64,000 nucleotides of DNA. Source: Octopus sinensis. Taxonomy: Eukaryota. Where the stretch lies: the NCBI RefSeq assembly GCF_006345805.1, contig NC_043008.1:16368001-16432000 (forward strand), read 5' to 3'. The position numbers were made by a program, and so were the translations under genes. This document shows positions 41,795 to 55,638 of this stretch, in pieces. Under the pieces are notes generated by a model. The model saw only the letters and a list, made by a program, of their open reading frames with translations. It did no database searches and was not told where the DNA came from. The stretch's first letter is position 1. Each line of letters starts with the position of its first letter.

Positions 41795-41932
41795 TATACC
41801 CGCGTATATAGGGGCAGACGTGGTCGTGGGGTAAGACCCTTGCTTCCCAACCACATGGTCCTGGGTGAATGGTAGCTTGGGCAAATGTCTTCTACTATAG
41901 CCTTGGTGGGACAAAGGAAGTCCGTCATATAC

Positions 41933-41986
<54 letters not shown>

Positions 41987-42269
41987 ATATATGTACACAC
42001 ACATACATACATACGTATGTATGTATATATATATATATAAACGTAGTACGTGTAGAAACATTACACTGCATCTTAAAAACCGCTCCTGATGTTGCAGTTA
42101 CTGTTTTGTAAAAGCATTTGGAACTGTTATTGAAACACATGAGACCAGTGATCGCTTTATCGAATCTCAAAGTTACTTATCTTTAGTGTGATTTACCTCA
42201 TAACCATTATGTCTTACGACTGTTTTCCATTTCCATTTTTGTTGAATCTTCTGTCTTAAGCGCAGTAAG

Positions 42270-42600
42270 GGACCCCCTTTGATTATGAATGACGATGGGA
42301 TTGCGTCTAGAATGTTACCCTCCGTGATGCAAGTCCGAGCAGGGTTCTTTATTGAAGTCCAGTTGTCGCCCCTGCATGCCATCCGCCTCTCTCCTCGCCC
42401 CCGATGTTATCCAACCGAAAGTCAAAAACCAATACATTTTAGTACCACTGACGTTGCAACTTATTTCTACAGATGAGTCAACTGAAACAATGTGAAATAA
42501 TGTGTCTTGCTCAAGAACACAACACAGAGACTGGTCCAGAAATTGAACTCACATCCACATGATTATAAGCGCGATGCTCTAGCCATTGAGCCATATGTTC
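42270..42600 (-). mobile_element. SINE family E, diverged
   Basis: Colinear with 5523-5855 (TGCAAGTCCG.GCA, CTTGCTCAAGAACACAACAC). Confidence 0.75.
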
Positions 42601-43061
42601 CATAAATTCTTCCTGATTTGCTGATTTGTTGATTTGTTTGTAGTGATTGAATGTTTGTATTGTGTATTAGAGCGCTGTACAGGTGCACGGTTTGTCTCAA
42701 CACAGATGTCGAAATGATCGACAGGCAGCATGAAAGGAAATCTTTTGTTTAATAAGGAATCCCAGTGGGCGGTTTAGGAAGTAAAAACACGATTTTATAA
42801 TGTTCAGTACATCATTCTAACCTCTCGATCAAACACCTTCACCTGCCACAACCTACGCATAGTTTGAAAATCCACTGGACGGTACACCTATATATACACA
42901 TATATATATATATATACACCTATATATACACCTATATATATATACACCTATATATACACATATGTATACATCTACGATGTTCCATAAAAAAATCCCCACA
43001 AAAGTAAACTTTAGAAAAGACATGGAAATACGAACAAATGGAAATTATATATAAAATATTG

Positions 43062-43465
43062 CAGGCACAGGAGTGGCTGTGTGGTAACGAGCGTGCTTTC
43101 CAACCACATAGTTCTTGGTTCAGATCCACTGCGTGGCACCTTGGGTTAGTGTCTGCTAAAATAGCATCGTGCTGATCAAAACCTTTCAGAAACTGAAAGA
43201 AGACGTCATATATATGTGTATGAGTTTCTGTGTGTGTGCTTGTGTGTATACGTTTATGAGTCTGTGTGTGAGTTTGTGTCTGTGTTTGGCCCCCTTCCCC
43301 CATCGCTAACACTGGTGTATTTACGTCCCCATATTTAGCGGTTCGGAAAAAGAATGGGATAGGCTTACAAAGAATAAGCTTTGGGGTTGATTTCTACGAC
43401 TAAAACACTTTAAGGGTGTGCTCCAGCATGACCGCAGTCTAGTGACTAAAACGTTAAGAGAATAG
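43062..43465 (+). mobile_element. SINE family A, diverged
   Basis: GGCACAGGAGTGGCTGTGTGGTAA head and CTCCAGCATGACCGCAGTC tail. Confidence 0.8.
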
Positions 43466-43936
43466 CAGAATATTATTTGCTGAGCAGTAGGGGTAGATGT
43501 CATCGATTTAACTACTACTGGGTGTGACTAAAATTTGCATCTCCCTGCCACACTACGTCAAGCCAGTGTGGCAGAGTAGATTCATAAAACCAGAGTGAAT
43601 TCGAGCTCAAATTCACGGCCTCCATATCAAAAGAACTGAACATGTTGTGGACCATGTCCTACAGTGAACTGAACGTGCGCAATCCAATCCAATACTATTG
43701 ACAAAAATCAATCAAACACTCACACACTAAGAAAAAGTAACAATTCACACACATTTCATACTAAATAAATAAAGTATTTATGTTGCGATACTTTATATGT
43801 AAATATAAATTTCTCACAAACATTATTTCTAATTGACTCAACTATCCATTTAACCATTATATGTGTGCGTGCATGTCTACTTACATCCAAACATCCATAT
43901 ACATACATACATACATAGATATATACATGTGTATAA

Positions 43937-43999
<63 letters not shown>

Positions 44000-44033
44000 G
44001 TATGTATATGTATATATATATATATATTATATA

Positions 44034-44068
<35 letters not shown>

Positions 44069-44856
44069 ATATGTATACACATGCATATATATATATGTGG
44101 TACAGTTAGGTATATTTGAAAGAACTCGATCTCTGAACTAAAATATATATCGTTAAAATTTTTTTAAATAAGAAGTTAAACTGATGGAAACTACCAGTGA
44201 AGTCATTATTTTTCTTTTTTCAAATATATATATATATGTATATATGTATTTCTTTATATATAATATATATATATAATATATATATATATAATATATATAT
44301 ATATATAATATATATATATATGCATACATACACATAAATATGTGTTTTCATATATGTCTGTGCCTATGTGTGGTACGTTGAACTATAAGTACACAGGTAT
44401 GAATATATGAGAGACTATATTGATTGCTGAACATACAGAAATATTTTATGCAGCCATTCTAAATAAATGAATTTATTTAGTGGTAAAATGGAATTGATAA
44501 ACAAGAAGAGAAGATTACATATGCCTCAAGATGGTGATTGTAAATATGTCGTGTCTTCAATGTAAATATGATGGATTTTGACTCGAATACAAACATATCC
44601 TCTTGGGCTGTGTGTAAATGGAGTAAATATATTATGTACGATTTACAAAACAACTTCATATTAAACTAACATATAGTTATCTCAATGTAGAGGCTTAACT
44701 GCCGGCAAGGGGAATTTGGCCTTTATCTAAGTTAGGTAATGTGACTTCGTATATTGATATATATGCAAAATATACGTATATAAAGATATAAAAATATGTC
44801 TGAATATATACGTGGTGATTTGTGTATTTATTTATCTTTCCCCCTTTTTGTTTATG

Positions 44857-44899
<43 letters not shown>

Positions 44900-44915
44900 T
44901 GAATGTACTTCAGTC

Positions 44916-44950
<35 letters not shown>

Positions 44951-45309
44951 AATTGTTTGTGTGTGCCTGTATGTGTATGTGTCTGTGTCTTTGTGCGCGA
45001 GTGTGTATACTTATGAAAAAATATATATTTACGTATATGTGTCTATATATATTTCTACAGGTATGCGTAGAGAAAAACATATATGTATATGCATAAACAT
45101 AGGGGAATATGATGTTTTCGCACAATTTTGTTTATTAATTTATTTCTCTGTGTATTTTATTTCACGTACATTAGTCTAATGAAGGATAAGTGTAATATAT
45201 TTTATACACTTCAGTTAGTACATTTGTTTTAATACACACACGCGTATATATAAATACATGGGTTTATATGTTTCTGTGTGCGTTCGCGTGTTTGTGTGCC
45301 TGCGTATGT

Positions 45310-45320
45310 GTATAAATATT

Positions 45321-45364
<44 letters not shown>

Positions 45365-45528
45365 CATATATATATATATACATACATATATATATATATA
45401 TATAAATATGTATATATAATATATATGAACATATGTATATATATATATATACGTGTATGTATACATATTTTTAGGTATGTGTATATTTTGCATATATATT
45501 CATACATATATATATGTATGCGTACTTG

Positions 45529-45573
<45 letters not shown>

Positions 45574-45633
45574 TTGTAGGTATGTGTATATTTTGCATAT
45601 ATATTCATACATATATATATGTATGCGTACTTG

Positions 45634-45712
<79 letters not shown>

Positions 45713-45723
45713 CTATCTATCTA

Positions 45724-45778
<55 letters not shown>

Positions 45779-45793
45779 TATAATATATATATT

Positions 45794-45869
<76 letters not shown>

Positions 45870-45885
45870 ATATATATATATATGT
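45310..45885. repeat. Compound microsatellite block with a ~105 bp tandem repeat and inverted (ATCT)n/(AGAT)n arrays
   Basis: TAGGTATGTGTATATTTTGCATATATATTCATAC... occurs twice (near 45472 and 45577). (CTAT)n at 45677-45725 faces (GATA)n at 45796-45868. Confidence 0.9.
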
Positions 45886-46477
45886 GCGTGTGTGTATTGT
45901 GGGTGGGTGGGTAAGAAAGCGTGTGTGTATGTGAAAATATTTTTACACCTCTTTAGCAAATGGGAGTGTATATGCGTCACGATAATGCATGTGTTCTTTA
46001 TTTAACAAGTAATCCCCTGTTATATGTTTCTAAGTGTTCATTGGTTTCCTACCATAAGAACATGACGATGCGTACAGAAGATCGATAGAACCTTGGAACG
46101 TCTATTTGAACGTGTATTCCATCAAATGGGCAATTACAGGACGGAGCAGGTGTATTGGATTTTTTTATATGAAAGTACATTTACTCTGAAAGAGATTGAT
46201 GTGCAGGCTATGGATTTTCCAGTCTATTTATGATAGACTGATATACAAACATCTCCTTGTTTCTCTATGGAAGAAATTTTCTGCTCTTCCATAACGAAAT
46301 AAGGACATGCGAACGGTGTATACACGGTTATAAAAACACCTGCGCACATCCACTTCTACACATGTAGGTGTGCATAATACTATTTGTTTGTAATTGTTTG
46401 TCGCCTTCTCTTTGTCTCTAAGTCTAAATGTGTCACTCGCTATCTTACTCTCTCTATCTTTCTATCTCCCAATCTAT

Positions 46478-46638
46478 GTATCTACCTACCTACCTACCTA
46501 CCTACCAACCTACCTACCTACCTACCTAACTACCTACCTACCTACCTACCTACATACCTACCTACCTACCTACCTACCGACCAACCCAACTATCTACCTA
46601 CCTATCCGCCTATCTCCCCAACTACCTACGTCTGCGTC

Positions 46639-46686
<48 letters not shown>

Positions 46687-46715
46687 GTCTATCAATCTAT
46701 CTATCCATCTATCTA
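46478..46715. repeat. (CTAC)n followed by (CTAT)n tetranucleotide arrays
   Basis: Directly visible. Confidence 0.95.
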
Positions 46716-46784
46716 TGTTTATACATATACATACGTATATATGTCTATATATGCGTATGTATCTTCATAAACATATATGTGTAT

Positions 46785-46950
46785 AGGCGTAGTAGTTGCT
46801 GTGTGGTAAGTAGTTTGCCTACCAACCACATGGTTCCGGGTATAGTCCCACTTCGTGTCACCTTGGGCAAGTTTTTCTACTATAGCCTCGGCCCGACGAA
46901 AGCCTTGAGAGTGGATTTGGTAGACTGAAACTGAAAGAAGCCCGTCGTAT
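46785..46950 (+). mobile_element. SINE family A, 5' half
   Basis: Head through GAAAGAAGCCCGTCG(TA)n; the 3' half is not seen adjacent. Confidence 0.8.
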
Positions 46951-46974
46951 ATATATATATATATATATATATAT

Positions 46975-47524
46975 TGTGAGACGTGGAAAATGATGGAAAT
47001 GTTATGCATCCACAATTCATTGCGTCTCGCTTGAAGATCCTCACCAAGGAGTATCTGGACATCCCGAAGAACTCTGTTACCTCGGATGGAGCAGAATTTG
47101 GTGCTTGTCAATATGATGCATACCTATGATTATACACCATGTCAGGAGTCAAAAGCAAACAAAGCCTTCTTTAGGGAGAAGGTGCCAGTTTTTGTGAGGC
47201 CAACATTCAGCCCAGTAATACCCCAAATTTCAACCTTCTCGATTATTTATTTGTATGGGCTTACTTCAAGTAAGACTAATATTTCACCATACTCCAGTAT
47301 CAACAGCTTGAAGACACGAAAAACCAAAAAGACAGAGGTCGCGGCAGCTGCAAAACAATTACGTTCTCGTGTGGAGACAGTAATTGCTCAAAAAGGCGAC
47401 CATATTGGGTGATGAATGCTTTTGCATTAATAAATGTCACACTAAAATATTATGTGTCTACTACCACTATTTCAATATCTATAACCAATTTTATTCATCG
47501 TAAAAATTGTCTCAACTTACCAGA

Positions 47525-47530
<6 letters not shown>
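46975..47530 (+). mobile_element. Tc1/mariner-superfamily (maT/DD37D-like) transposase remnant, 3' part
   Basis: Reads VENDGNVMHPQFIASRLKILTKEYLDI...HQESKANKAFFREKVPVFV-like...KTEVAAAAKQLRSRVETVIAQKGDHIG*, frameshifted and bounded by (TA)n. Confidence 0.65.
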
Positions 47531-47574
<44 letters not shown>

Positions 47575-47647
47575 TATGGGTGGTGTGTGTGTGTGTGTGT
47601 ATGTGTGTGTGCTGATCGTTCATAGGTCATTCGACGGACGAGACCAT

Positions 47648-47685
<38 letters not shown>

Positions 47686-47725
47686 CACATATATATATAA
47701 TATATATATATATTTATATACAATC

Positions 47726-47929
47726 AAAATAAGCAACAAGGATATCCAGAGGTAATGCAGTACGATCGTGTCATGCAACTCCATTTAATTGAACAATGCA
47801 AACATTACATCAAATTAATTTGTAGGTTGCTCTACAATTTAATTTGATGCAATGTTTGCATTTGAATTAAATGGAGTCGCATGAAACGATCGTACTGCAT
47901 TACCTCTGGATATCCGTGTTGCTTATTTT
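47726..47929. repeat. Imperfect ~205 bp fold-back (about 100 bp arms, short loop) within a (TA)n-rich intron segment
   Basis: GGATATCCAGAGGTAATGCAGTACGATCGT...TTGTAG-GTTGCT-CTACAA...ACGATCGTACTGCATTACCTCTGGATATCC. Confidence 0.92.
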
Positions 47930-48033
47930 TAGTATAATCACCTTATTTTAAATGTATGGATAATACCAGACTAAATTCTGGTGCCTCAACTTCAGTACCA
48001 CATACATTGCTGGACCCACATACATACACACAC

Positions 48034-48143
<110 letters not shown>

Positions 48144-48217
48144 ATAAATAAAACACATGCATATTATATATACATATATGTACGTACCTACATCTACATG
48201 TATATATACACGCATAT

Positions 48218-48575
48218 ATGAGTACAGGACACCAAAAAAACGTCGAACACAATGAGAAACGAAAACATAGACACAAACCCAAGGAACTGGACATTTTTCT
48301 TAAACAACAAAAAAATAGAGTACAGGACAAATAACACAAGGAAAAAAAACCCTTCTTCAGTCGCCATGGTTTCATCTACTTTACGTTTCGAAGGTGAAGG
48401 CGAGACGTATCTTCAACAGAAACTTTCCTTCCTGCGAAAATTTAAGATCTTTTTGCCGAGGGGTAAAAATGGTAACAAAAACAGGACAGTAACGACAGTA
48501 CAAAATATAAGCAGTAAAAGACAGGACAAGGAAAATAACAAGACAAGAAGGGCTGTTAAGCCGAACGAAAAAAAG
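48218..48575 (-). mobile_element. Penelope-like terminal fragment with a hammerhead-like core, between (TA)n tracts
   Basis: Minus strand CTGTTGAAG...CTTC-GAAACGTAA (48419-48381); internal AGTACAGGACA repeats. Confidence 0.45.
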
Positions 48576-48631
48576 ATATATATATATATACGTATATATA
48601 GTACAACAGTACAGTATAGTATACTACTTAC

Positions 48632-48760
48632 ATAAAACTTTAACTGCAATTTTTCGGTAGGAATTCGGTGGGACACCATTTGAAGCTTCACAGGTATATA
48701 TATCATCGCAGTAACGCGTCACGTTGTGAATGATAAGCACTTCTCCTGGCGGTCCAACCT
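48632..48760 (-). CDS. Same gene, exon completing that Ig domain (not in the ORF track)
   Basis: Acceptor TTGTGTTTTGTTGCAG and donor T|GTAAGT; 129 nt, phase 1-1. Reads (Q)VGPPGEVLIIHNVTRYCDDIYTCEASNGVPPNSYRKIAVKVL(F). The YxCxAxNGVPP motif is typical of lachesin/DIP Ig2, and it is in frame with both neighbours. Confidence 0.93.
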
Positions 48761-48947
48761 CTGCAACAAAACACAATCAATTTTATTTTAAAGCGGTGGA
48801 AATACAATGCTTCACATATAAATATATACATCATTAATATTGACAAGGTTTAGTTTGGAAAATTCGTTTTATAAAAAGCCCTATTTCTATTATTTTCCTT
48901 TGGCTCGGTTTTATTCGGTCTTGGACCTGTTATTGTATCATCATCGA

Positions 48948-48971
48948 TATTATTATTATTATTATTATTAA

Positions 48972-49007
<36 letters not shown>

Positions 49008-49038
49008 TATTATTATTTTTTATTTATTTATTTATTTA

Positions 49039-49102
<64 letters not shown>

Positions 49103-49277
49103 TGTAGTAGTAGAAGTAGTAGTAGTGGTGGTAGTATTATTACCATCATCAACCTTACTACTACTACTACTGCTGCAACTACTACTGCTACTACTTCTGC
49201 TACTACTACTACAACTACAACTATAACTATAATTTTTCCTTTTCTTCTTATCATTACTATTATTATCACTAGTGTTG

Positions 49278-49336
<59 letters not shown>

Positions 49337-50022
49337 ATTATTATTATTTCTGAGTTGAAATTCCGCCGAGGTGCAGTTTGCTTTTCATCCTTTCAGGGTT
49401 GATATATTAAGTACGAGCGAAACATTTGGTTCGATGTACTCGACTAGTCCTCTCCACCTTAAATTTAAAACCTTGCACCATTAGTAAGATAGATTATCAT
49501 TATTACTACTATTATTACTACTATTACCATTTTTAGTTGTAGTAGTAGTTCGATCACTATTCTCACTTATCATTATTATGCAAATGTTTATACGATAATC
49601 TAAGTAACAAAGACATAATCAGACTAGAGCACTTGTAGAATACTTGATGTCATTTTGATGTCAATCTGCAAAAGTGTTTCACTTGCAATTTTTTCTGCTA
49701 CCTTAGTAACGTCTTGTGCATTTTAACATTTAAGCCAATTCCAAAAGGGACAATTTTCACTTACTGCTCTCCAAATGCTTGATCTTTCCGAGTGACCCAT
49801 ATACTTTAAAATTTGCTTGGCTTTCTTGATATCTACTTTATTATTATTATTATTATTATTATTATATTATTATTATTATTATATTATTATAATTATTATT
49901 ATTATTATTATTACTATTATTATTATTATTATTAGTATTATCATTATTATTATCATTATTATTGTCATTATTATTATTATTATCATCATCGTTATAATTA
50001 TCATCATTATTATCATTATTAC

Positions 50023-50100
<78 letters not shown>
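48948..50100. repeat. Two long (ATT)n-based compound arrays (48948-49348 and 49838-50100) with a SINE B fragment at ~49350-49490
   Basis: Directly visible; GAGTTGAAATTCCGCCGAGG...CATCCTTTCAGGG matches family B. Confidence 0.92.
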
Positions 50101-50101
<1 letters not shown>

Positions 50102-51403
50102 TGTGTTGCAATCTGGTTCACTTACTTTGATAGTATGTTTAATCCCTATGGAGATATCTCCTATCACTCACATAGGCAGCCTTAGTTTCATATAGAGAAA
50201 TCCTTTAAAGTTGCTTCAAATCCAGAAATCTCGTTAACATCCACAACACAACCATGCTTGTGTTTATACTGTTTTTGAGCTACCTACTGCACTCACTTTG
50301 GAGTTTTGGCCGAAGCATTAGAGAGTCGAACAAAACAACTGTTGGCATTCATTCTAGTTCTTTACGTTTTGCATACAAGTAATGCTTAAGATTCTTATAG
50401 ACTATAGTACCACGTTAGTCTTTCACTCCCAATTAGGATAAAATCTCTGGACCCATCAACCAATACAGAAAAGTTAAATCAAACCTCATAATATCTCATA
50501 TTTCCAAATTATGTATTTTTTCTACACAGAAGTCCGTCTGAGGTATTTAATCTGCAAAATTACGCGTCAAAGAATTCTCGGCCTTACCAACTCTTATTTT
50601 TTTGTTTATATCAAGAAAGCCTTCGAAGATGTTTTCAATTGCGACACCTACGTTAATATTCTCAAAACAACCTCCGTTGCACCTTCATATTTCAGCACGG
50701 AAATTTCATTGAATCAATTATTTGCGTTTTGTCGAAAGCGCTCTGCTACAGGGTTTAAATCGCTGAAAATGTGTTTCTCTCAAATTGAATGACGTATCAG
50801 AATGTGTGAATATTATTTATCGGTAGTTTTTAACGACAAAACACGAGAGTTCCTCTTTAAAGTCCACTACATAAAACATATCACTCACACTTATAACAAA
50901 CCACATAATCATGCAAAAAGAAACCAAAAAAAACTTCGTAAACTTTTATACTCGCAACAGCTTTAATAACCAAATCCCACGCATTTCAAAGAAGCAATCT
51001 TTCAGTGCACCCTTCTTAGTCATAAACAACATGCCAGAAAGCGCTCAAATCATTAAAACAATATATTGCCGAAATCCGAATAATTCTGCTGATGGCGTCA
51101 TGTTTATACATGTAGATACATTTATGAGTGTGATAGTGTACGTGGGTTTGATCTGTGTTTGTGTGCTGGTGTGTGCGTGTATGTATGTGTGCGTGTATTT
51201 GTTTTAAGTGTGAAACCATATACGCCTATCTCTGTACGTATGTGTTTATATAGATATATGTTTGTATTGGTACAGATGTATGAATGGACACATATATATT
51301 GTGAACTGAGATTTTTTATTGTAAGTGAATTCGAAGTCACGATTATCTCTATTTCACAAAATCAACACATCAACGTGACAGATACTCTGCTTATTTCGTG
51401 TGA

Positions 51404-51436
<33 letters not shown>

Positions 51437-51439
<3 letters not shown>

Positions 51440-51730
51440 GATGGTCACAGCTTAGTGGTTAGCGTGTTGCACTCACGATTGCGAGATCGTGGGTTCGTTT
51501 CCCAGACAGGGCGTTGCATTTTGGTCTTGAGCGAAGCACATCATTTCACGTTGCTCTGCGAACATTTCGTAATCTGACATGTGGCACCCAATGCACATGT
51601 ATAGGTAATGTAGATTTGGAGGGAGTGAGCTTATGTCTACACAAACATTTGATCACTATAAACAAATCTTCTGTGTGGCTGCTTGATAAGAGATTGTCGA
51701 ACTCTCATACTTCATCTAACGAGGGGAGAG
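51437..51730 (+). mobile_element. tRNA-derived SINE with a CORE-like centre and a third tail type (family F)
   Basis: CTTAGTGGTTAGCG...GGGTTCGTTTCCC head, GTCTTGAGCGAAGCACATCATTTCACGTTGCTC. Confidence 0.65.
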
Positions 51731-53239
51731 TTCGTTATATGTGTGTGTGTGTATACGTACATGTATGTATGCGTTTGTGTGTGTATGTATCTATGCATGT
51801 ATGCACTTAAGAATAGGATTCTTATTGGGTAATAAAATTTCATTTCTTTCTGATCCTTTACATATTAAATTTAATCTCAAAAATGATATATCGTTGATTG
51901 TCAAAATGTCATAAATGAAGATGATATAATGTATCCATCACACACACAGTGTAAGGTTCTGTCCCCGTCAGTCACTTTTAACCGTACTGTTACATCTGAT
52001 CCTTTGGTCAATGAAGTAATATAGATATTATATCATTACAAATCTGTCTTCGTCTTGTTATCTGATGTCCAGTGACCCCATATATGTTGGGTTTTTCAAA
52101 ATAGCATTATGAGTGTGTCCAAAAACCTATTACGAATATTGTGGATAAAATTTTTGTTCCTTTTTATGTTAAATCGAATTCCATATAGCGAACTCACGTG
52201 CCTCATTGGAAATTACTCTTCGAAGTTTATTATATAAGTTCATCATAATACGTCTGTTATCATTCTTTTTACAGTTATATCTCCAACACAAAATATAAGA
52301 AACGCATGCGTATAGTGTAAGATTATCCTGCTTATGAACTCGCCAAAAGTATTACATAAGATCCAATACACAAAGAAACAACTCTGGCAATTTCTATCCA
52401 ATGAACAATCACAAAGTTTATATTTTCAAATTTTGTAGATGATCTTTTTGCAGGTATTGTAAATCTCAATAAATATTCAGAATATATTGCGTTGGAGGTA
52501 ATATATAATATTTTATACGTTACGACTAGAGCGGTCTTTTTATTCATATATATTTAACCTCGATATCTTCCTTTTTTACTAAACTGCGGAACATCTCGAA
52601 ATTGTGAACACATTCGTCAGGTGTGATTTGATTTGCATACGGGTCAGCATTTCATCAGAATATTGCAATTCATAGATCACGATTGTAGATCAAAGGCTTG
52701 TTATTTTGAGACGTCAGGAATTGAAAAGCTTTCTCAAGTACATGTTTTGTATATTAACTTCAAATTTAGAATCATGACCGATTTTCATTAAAATAGTCTT
52801 CATGTACATCAAAAATCTTTGTTTACCACCACCGTTGATTACACATTCAAGTGTAATTTCACCATTGCAAGAAACTCCACCGTTCATACGAATATAAAGT
52901 ACAGAACCATTGAGCTGAAATGTCTGGGCTTCCGAATATTTGGTCTATGTTTCACACGACAATTCTCTGTTGTTCCTTTGATTTTTCTTTGTCGGTCGAA
53001 CAGCAAGATATCATATCTTGAGGCTCATATTATGCATCAAAATGTGCTATGATTTCCACACTACTTGGTGATGGGGAAAAATGTATGTAGCGTTAAAATA
53101 GAGACATCGGACTGAGGGGTTTCGTCAAACAAAAGTGTGATTCAATTTGGATGTTAAATGGGATGACTGTTAAAATAATGAAGTAGTGGCAAAGACAAAA
53201 ACCATGAGAATCCAAACCATCATTGAAAAATATGAAGCC

Positions 53240-53720
53240 GATGGTTGAGACATGCAAAGTGATTGCCAGAGAACGCCTAATGAGATCCTGTACTCTGAGC
53301 TTGCAGACGGTCATCGGCCAATGGGTGCACCTAAGATATGCTTCTCTGACTCGATCAAGAAGACCATGCCATTGATCAACATCCTACCTGTCAACTGGGA
53401 ATATGTCGAAGAAGACCGTAAGTACTGGACGCGAGTATGCGTAGAAGGAGCGGTTACAGCAGACTTTGTTCCATACCAGCAGGCTGAAGAAAAAAGAACC
53501 AGAAGGAAGGTAAGAGCACGGCAGCGACTTCTTGGAGAGTTACCGTCTCTGCAGCTTCGGTGCAGGTTCTGTGAACAAAAGTTCATCTCAAGCATCGGAA
53601 GGTACAACCGTGAAAAATGGAAGCATTACTAAGAATGATAAATAAGCGAGGAAGAGAATAACCTTTAAAATATACTCGACTTCGAGATAATGCCAAAGAA
53701 GAATAAGAAAAAGAAGATAT
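53240..53720 (+). mobile_element. RTE-clade LINE, 5'-truncated 3' end
   Basis: ORF 53252-53632 RTPNEILYSELADGHRPMGAPKICFSDSIK...WEYVEEDRKYW...CRFCEQKFISSIG resembles the RTE C-terminus with its Zn finger. (GAA)-rich tail at 53697-53718. Confidence 0.8.
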
Positions 53721-53967
53721 TATATGAGTGTAAGAATACAAAATGTTCATTGATACCTGAAATTATTTCCTGGTAATTCGTTATGTAGTAATAGGGCACC
53801 TATTAGACATCATTTTACAAGTAAAACAAATCTCATTAACACAATTGTGAGTGAGTACGTGCGCATTTGTGGGTGTGTGCCAATGTCCATACATGTACGT
53901 GTGTGTTAGGGTATGTGTGCCGTGTATGCGTGAATAATTGTCTGTATGCGTATATATATATATACAA

Positions 53968-54022
<55 letters not shown>

Positions 54023-55596
54023 CTTGAATATATATGATGCACATGTGCCTATGTCTGTGTTTCTTTGTGTATCAATATATATATAAATATGTGTGTTAAT
54101 ACTTATGTCTTTGAGTATATGTGTTTCTGCGAGCAATTAAGCGTACTAAATATTCCGTCATCTTAAGCTATCTTCTGACAGACAATATTTCTCTTTGATT
54201 AATTACTTCTTTTTAACTTTGCTTCATACAATTAGTTCTAAGAAGTTTAGCATTTATGTGTGTTTTTCTTCATGATTTGCTTCCTTTTCATTTCTCTTTT
54301 TCCCCTTCCCTATCTTTTGCCATCAGCAAACAATTCGTTTGTCTTGGGAAACGTGTACGACATTGTTCGTTTACATAGTATTCTTGGTTCGCACCATGTA
54401 AAACAAGCAGTTTTTCTGTTTGCATTGCTGTTTAATTAAAGCTTCTGACTCAACAAGGCAACTTAAATAAATAGTAGTTAGAATGTGTTGTTGTGTAATG
54501 TTCTTTCTTCCATCGTGTTTCTCTTCGGTAAACTGACGATATCTGCATAGTTACGAAAATCTTCTTGTATCGTCTTCGCTCTTACTTTGAATAATAGCAT
54601 CGGAATTTATCTTTTAAAACTTTCTGCCTATCATGTTGTTTACTTTAAGTGGGTCGATCGGTCTGCATCTCTTTAAATAAAGATTATTTTAGATGACTTT
54701 TCTGGATGGTGACGGAGGAGAGGAATCATGCAGTTAAATTTTCTGTTTCCCACGTAATTTTATCTCCAAGAACAGCCAACGATGTTTATTCAAGAATTTC
54801 TTCTTGTAATACAATTTTCTCATGAAACCATAATAGATACCAAATGCTGGTAAACCTTCAGCAAAGATTGAATTTGGTATAAGATTTCGAAATTTAATCA
54901 AGACAATGAATCGTTTATTTATTTCTTTTTCGAAGAATTTCATGACAAACATTTACACGGAATGCGAGAAAGTTGCTAACATCGATTATTGCATATTACC
55001 ATTATTATCAAAATATGACAGTGAAGAGTTAGAAGTTATGTCCCCAAAACTTCAGTGAAGAGTTAGAAATAGCAACCACATCTCCATCATCATAAAACAC
55101 GCTATATTATTTAAGTATTAATAAACAAAAATATTGACGAAAGCATTCATAAATCAATTGGTTCTGAATATAAAATGGAGGGGCAGAACAACAACTCATC
55201 TATCAGAAATAAATTCGATTAGAGGCCGTCATGTATAACTTTCAAGTTGGACAACAAACATGTCGTGAAGATAGGATTAGCAAATTCATCATATAAAAAA
55301 AATTGTATTTAAAATATAAAGAAAAAATCCAAAATTTCTTATGTAATTGCTTATGAAACATTCATATACACAACGTTACGTTACGACAACGTATATACTG
55401 TTTCGTAAACATAGAGTAAACATATGTATATGATGACGCAAATTCAGATGAACATATGTAGTCATACACACACTCAACACATACACATTCACCTATACAC
55501 ACATAAACACATGTACATACATATACAGAAGCACATATGCATGCAGTACGTATGTATGTACGTATGTATGTATGTATGCATGTATGTATGTATGTA

Positions 55597-55638
<42 letters not shown>

